DNA of 64,000 nucleotides from Gammaproteobacteria bacterium (GTDB lineage Bacteria; Pseudomonadota; Gammaproteobacteria; Eutrophobiales; Eutrophobiaceae): NCBI GenBank assembly GCA_965222155.1, contig CBDCTH010000012.1, positions 1,792,001 to 1,856,000 of the forward strand, read 5' to 3'. Shown piece by piece: positions 63,019 to 64,000 of this stretch (position 1 is its first letter; each line of letters starts with the position of its first letter). The notes under the pieces were generated by a model. It saw only the letters and a program-made list of their open reading frames with translations, ran no database searches and was not told where the DNA came from. The position numbers and the translations under genes were made by a program.

Positions 63019-64000
63019 TGAAAGGTTAAAGCAAGGGCATCAATGGGTATCGGACCTGCCTGCAAAACGCCGTCAACGAATTCGCGAGTGCTGAAATTGC
63101 CTCCTAGCCGGGCCTTTTCTTCCTGCCACAATTTCCTGAAACCATGAAATCCAAGAAAATAACTGGTGATCTGCAAGGGATTGTTCATTACCCGGTTCCA
63201 TAGATTAATTGCAAATTGTGGCGCCAGAAGTCCGCGTTGTGTAGCAAATTCCATGAGTTGGTCCTTGTCCCAGCCCTGAACATGCACCATGACGCTCACA
63301 TAAGCGCGCGTCGCATTTTCGAGGCGTTTCCTCAGGTGTGCAAGGCGCGTCAGTTTTTGGTAATCACCCCAGCCGGCATTCAGCATTAACTCTTCGCTGA
63401 AGGTGCCCCAACCTTCAACGTAGACACCATTGGCAAATAGAGAGCGTATGGCCGGCGCCGTGCTGACTGCCACCTTGTATTGCATGTAATGGCCCGGATA
63501 GATTTCATGGGCAATAATCATCGTGTTGAAGTGATTATTGAATGATCGGTAAAAACCGACTTTCTGTTGTGCAGGTGAATCATCGGGGATAGTGGGCAGA
63601 TAAAACAGCGTATCGGCGCCGGGATTAAACGGACCTGTCGGGTAGACGCCGCCATAGGCCGCACCGGAAAAGTGATCGGGTGACAGACCGATAAACAACG
63701 TGCGCGGAGCAGGTACCGTCGCCAGTTCTTTTTCAAAGAGAAACGCCTCTGCCCGCTCTGTCAACTGCGCGAAGAATTTCAGGAAATCCTGGCGATTGTC
63801 TGACCTGTCTTCTTCCATTACCGCCATAACCGATTGCAATAATTCATTCTCATCCGCCGGTATTTCTACCTGTGAATTTTGTTCTTTCCACCAGGCCCCT
63901 GCCTTGCCGATCATCAGCCTCCGTACTTCATCAATCTCTGATAAAGCGATATCCCTGAGTTGTGCCGGAGATAAATCACTATCCACGAAAATCCTTAACT
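63015..64000 (-). CDS. DUF885 family protein (5' part outside the window)
   Basis: HEIYPGH, YVEGWG and P.Q..SYF.G motifs. Confidence 0.85.
   Translation of the reverse strand, partial: LRIFVDSDLSPAQLRDIALSEIDEVRRLMIGKAGAWWKEQNSQVEIPADENELLQSVMAVMEEDRSDNRQDFLKFFAQLTERAEAFLFEKELATVPAPRTLFIGLSPDHFSGAAYGGVYPTGPFNPGADTLFYLPTIPDDSPAQQKVGFYRSFNNHFNTMIIAHEIYPGHYMQYKVAVSTAPAIRSLFANGVYVEGWGTFSEELMLNAGWGDYQKLTRLAHLRKRLENATRAYVSVMVHVQGWDKDQLMEFATQRGLLAPQFAINLWNRVMNNPLQITSYFLGFHGFRKLWQEEKARLGGNFSTREFVDGVLQAGPIPIDALALTFH

Overview
Proteobacterial (probably gammaproteobacterial, plausibly host/sponge-associated) region rich in nutrient-scavenging genes. Left (1-8.4 kb): a minus-strand TonB-receptor/amidohydrolase/NCS1 permease/hydantoinase-oxoprolinase operon whose first gene is broken by a rearrangement scar. 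9.2-20.6 kb: an operon with RidA, an unknown TIM-barrel protein, SDR, PLP dehydratase, N-acyl-D-amino-acid deacylase, SSS transporter, dgoK and dgoA, an IS remnant, a RelE/ParE toxin-antitoxin pair and a divergent RpiR/HexR-type regulator. 20.6-55.0 kb: a ~34 kb block bounded by a 114-bp direct repeat of the regulator's 3' end. It carries an Xps-type T2SS (gspE-D), a ~12.8 kb gene (poly-C tract, ~26 FN3 domains, autotransporter-like barrel fused in frame to a TonB-dependent receptor), two GH123-like genes, a GH20 hexosaminidase, IS30 remnants and a decayed R-M locus. Right: tandem secreted amidohydrolases, a TonB receptor, a POT transporter and a DUF885 protein. The best candidate new system is an RpiR/HexR-controlled N-acetylhexosamine (probably GalNAc) foraging module. 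It links T2SS, hexosaminidases, a giant double-barrel adhesin-transporter and an oxidative catabolic route through a shared TGTAAT-N3-ATTACA operator. All family assignments come from motif recognition, not database searches.
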